From a virus (taxonomy: Duplodnaviria > Heunggongvirae > Uroviricota > Caudoviricetes), in IMG/VR virus record IMGVR_UViG_2529293063_000017: 39,037 bases of DNA, one strand, 5' to 3'. Below are positions 37,077 through 39,037 of the stretch, in pieces; within the stretch, counting starts at the first letter, position 1, and every line of letters begins with the position of its first letter. Made by a program: the position numbers and the translations under genes. A model generated the notes under the pieces. It made no database searches and had not been told where the DNA came from. It worked only from the letters and a program-made list of their open reading frames with translations.

Positions 37077-37812
37077 GGTTTATCAGACTGACAATGCCAC
37101 GCTCTGTCGTGGGAATGCGCTGGAAATATTGCCGCTGATTGAGCCAGAAAGTATTGATGCCTTAATCACTGACCCGCCTTACAGTTCGGGCGCGACACAC
37201 AAGGCCGGACGCACCAACCAGGGCAGCCACGCAAAATATCTGAACGGCGAGAACCTTCATCGCTTTGATGGGTTTGCGGGTGAAAACATGGATGCCCGTT
37301 CGTGGGCTTACTGGACACAATTATGGATGGCACAGGCACACCGCGCAGTCAGGCCGGGCGGTTATGCCCTGGTATTTACTGACTGGCGACAACTGCCAGC
37401 TTTAACCGATGCGTTTCAGGCCAGCGGTTTTACATGGCGTGGAATCATTGCGTGGAACAAAGGAAGGGGGTCACGAACACCCCATACGGGGTATTTCCGG
37501 CATCAGTGCGAATACATCGTCTGGGGCAGTAAAGGCCATTTAGGTAAATCGCCTTCGGGACCGTTCGACGGCTGCATGACGTTCCCGGTTATCCCATCAA
37601 AGAAAATGCACCCGACCGGAAAACCAGAAGAACTTATGGCAGAACTGGTCAGGACTGCGAATAGTGGTGGAACAGTCCTTGATCCTTTTATGGGATCGGG
37701 AACAACGGGTGTTGCAGCACTGAAAGCAGGACGCAAATTTATTGGTATAGAAACCAGTGATCATTATTTTGATGTAGCAACACAACGGCTCAAAACGGCG
37801 ATCGAACCATAA
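37021..37812 (+). CDS. DNA methyltransferase (N6-adenine or N4-cytosine class, DPPY motif), orphan
   Basis: 263 aa; motif IV ...LITDPPYSSG... precedes motif I ...LDPFMGSGTTGVAA... (beta-class order); RBS gaggag before the ATG; no adjacent restriction endonuclease gene. Confidence 0.85.
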   Translation: MTVGIAIQHQPAHTPEHTKVYQTDNATLCRGNALEILPLIEPESIDALITDPPYSSGATHKAGRTNQGSHAKYLNGENLHRFDGFAGENMDARSWAYWTQLWMAQAHRAVRPGGYALVFTDWRQLPALTDAFQASGFTWRGIIAWNKGRGSRTPHTGYFRHQCEYIVWGSKGHLGKSPSGPFDGCMTFPVIPSKKMHPTGKPEELMAELVRTANSGGTVLDPFMGSGTTGVAALKAGRKFIGIETSDHYFDVATQRLKTAIEP

Positions 37813-37856
37813 GACAAAGCCCGCAATGTTGCGGGCTTACTCTACCTCTCGAAAAT

Positions 37857-37880
37857 GTGGTCACTGCGTGGACATACGCT
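37857..37880. repeat. Candidate attR core (direct repeat of 11-35)
   Basis: gtggtcactgcgtggacatacgct; shares cactgcgtggaca with the left end; lies about 45 bp after the last phage gene. Confidence 0.4.
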
Positions 37881-38041
37881 GATACAAATCCTTTTATATC
37901 AAGAAATTAAATCTTTGTTTTTTTCATCAACAAGGATTTTCACGTTTGTGTTACCTGTATGAGACGAGAGTTAACCGGACAAGTGTGCCATAATCTCGCG
38001 GCCAGGCATACTTGCGAAGATTTCAGGTATAAGGATACGTA

Positions 38042-39037
38042 ATGATACAACCTATTTCCGGCCCTCCTCCTGGGCAACCACCAGGTCAGGGAGATAACCT
38101 GCCGTCTGGCGCGGGCAATCAGCCTTTATCCAGTCAGCAACGTACTTCGCTGGAAAGCTTAATGACGAAAGTGACCTCACTGACGCAACAGCAAAGAGCA
38201 GAACTGTGGGCGGGTATCAGGCACGATATTGGTCTGTCGGGAGATTCCCCGCTGCTTTCGCGTCACTTCCCTGCCGCTGAGCATAATCTGGCGCAACGTC
38301 TGCTGGCCGCGCAAAAAAGCCATTCTGCCCGCCAGCTTTTAGCGCAATTAGGGGAGTATTTACGTCTGGGGAATAATCGTCAGGCGGTCACGGATTATAT
38401 CCGTCATAACTTTGGTCAGACGCCGCTGAATCAGCTCTCACCGGAGCAATTAAAAACCATTCTCACCCTGTTGCAGGAAGGGAAGATGGTTATTCCGCAA
38501 CCACAGCAGCGCGAGGCGACCGACCGTCCTTTATTACCGGCGGAGCACAATGCGCTAAAACAGCTGGTGACCAAACTTGCGGCGGCAACGGGGGAACCCA
38601 GCAAACAGATCTGGCAATCGATGCTGGAACTTTCCGGGGTGAAAGATGGCGAGTTAATTCCAGCGAAACTGTTTAACCATCTGGTGACCTGGTTGCAGGC
38701 GCGCCAGACGTTAAGCCAGCAAAATACGCCGACGCTGGAATCACTACAGATGGCGCTAAAACAACCTTTAGATGCCAGTGAACTGGCGGCGTTATCGGCA
38801 TATATCCAGCAAAAATATGGCCTTTCTGCGCAATCATCGCTTTCTTCTGCCCAGGCCGAGGATATTCTTAATCAGCTTTATCAACGGCGGGTTAAAGGGA
38901 TTGATCCGCGTGATATGCAACCGCTGCTTAATCCTTTTCCACCGATGATGGACACGTTGCAAAATATGGCAACGCGTCCCGCGCTGTGGATACTGTTAGT
39001 CGCGATTATCCTGATGCTGGTCTGGCTGGTTCGTTAG
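38042..39037 (+). CDS. Probable host-side gene: Pro/Gln-rich protein with internal repeats and a C-terminal TM anchor; function unknown
   Basis: 331-aa ORF beyond the candidate attR; N-terminal PPGQPPGQ segment; C-terminal ...ALWILLVAIILMLVWLVR hydrophobic tail. Confidence 0.5.
   Translation: MIQPISGPPPGQPPGQGDNLPSGAGNQPLSSQQRTSLESLMTKVTSLTQQQRAELWAGIRHDIGLSGDSPLLSRHFPAAEHNLAQRLLAAQKSHSARQLLAQLGEYLRLGNNRQAVTDYIRHNFGQTPLNQLSPEQLKTILTLLQEGKMVIPQPQQREATDRPLLPAEHNALKQLVTKLAAATGEPSKQIWQSMLELSGVKDGELIPAKLFNHLVTWLQARQTLSQQNTPTLESLQMALKQPLDASELAALSAYIQQKYGLSAQSSLSSAQAEDILNQLYQRRVKGIDPRDMQPLLNPFPPMMDTLQNMATRPALWILLVAIILMLVWLVR

Larger units (their letters stand above)
11..37880. mobile_element. P2-family (Peduovirus-like) temperate prophage, apparently complete
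   Basis: Contiguous P2-type gene set (int, C, cox, A, Q, P, O, N, M, L, X, lysis, R, S, V, W, J, I, H, G, FI, FII, E/E', T, U, D, ogr) recognised from the translations; bounded by imperfect direct repeats at 11-35 and 37857-37880. Confidence 0.85.

Noticed and set aside
1-39037. CRISPR arrays, rRNA or tRNA genes
   Set aside because: No regularly spaced short direct repeats with unique spacers and no cloverleaf or rRNA-like conserved stretches were seen; the repeats present are palindromic operator-like sites or gix sites.

Overview
The window is almost entirely one P2-family (Peduovirus-like) temperate prophage, about 37.9 kb, running from a candidate attL inside the 3' end of the integrase gene (about 11-35) to a candidate attR (about 37857-37880); a probable host gene follows (38042-39037). 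All calls rest on reading the translated ORFs and the DNA by eye against remembered family features; no database search was run. Backbone genes recognised: int, C repressor, cox, a block of small early ORFs, replication gene A, portal Q and terminase P (minus strand), O-N-M-L capsid/terminase genes, X, holin, GH108-type endolysin, overlapping spanins, R, S, V, W, J, I, tail fibre H and assembly gene G, a Mu G-segment-like invertible tail-fibre cassette with a Gin/Pin-family invertase, the tail module U-T-E/E'-FII-FI (minus strand), D and ogr. Accessory cargo sits where P2-like phages are known to be variable: (i) between A and Q, a ParM/ParR-like actin-type partition cassette preceded by two 26-bp palindromic repeats, then an AT-rich two-gene cassette of membrane proteins with no family I can recognise, which is my best candidate for an undescribed system (plausibly anti-phage or exclusion); (ii) between D and ogr, a solo AT-rich ParA/MinD-like ATPase with a long C-terminal extension; (iii) between ogr and attR, a Hok/Gef-family type I toxin gene and a Mu Com-like zinc-finger gene overlapping a DPPY-motif DNA methyltransferase. 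Also notable: the sheath-tube-tape-measure module is inverted relative to P2 synteny, and about 620 bp of structured, apparently non-coding DNA lies inside the early operon (4142-4766).
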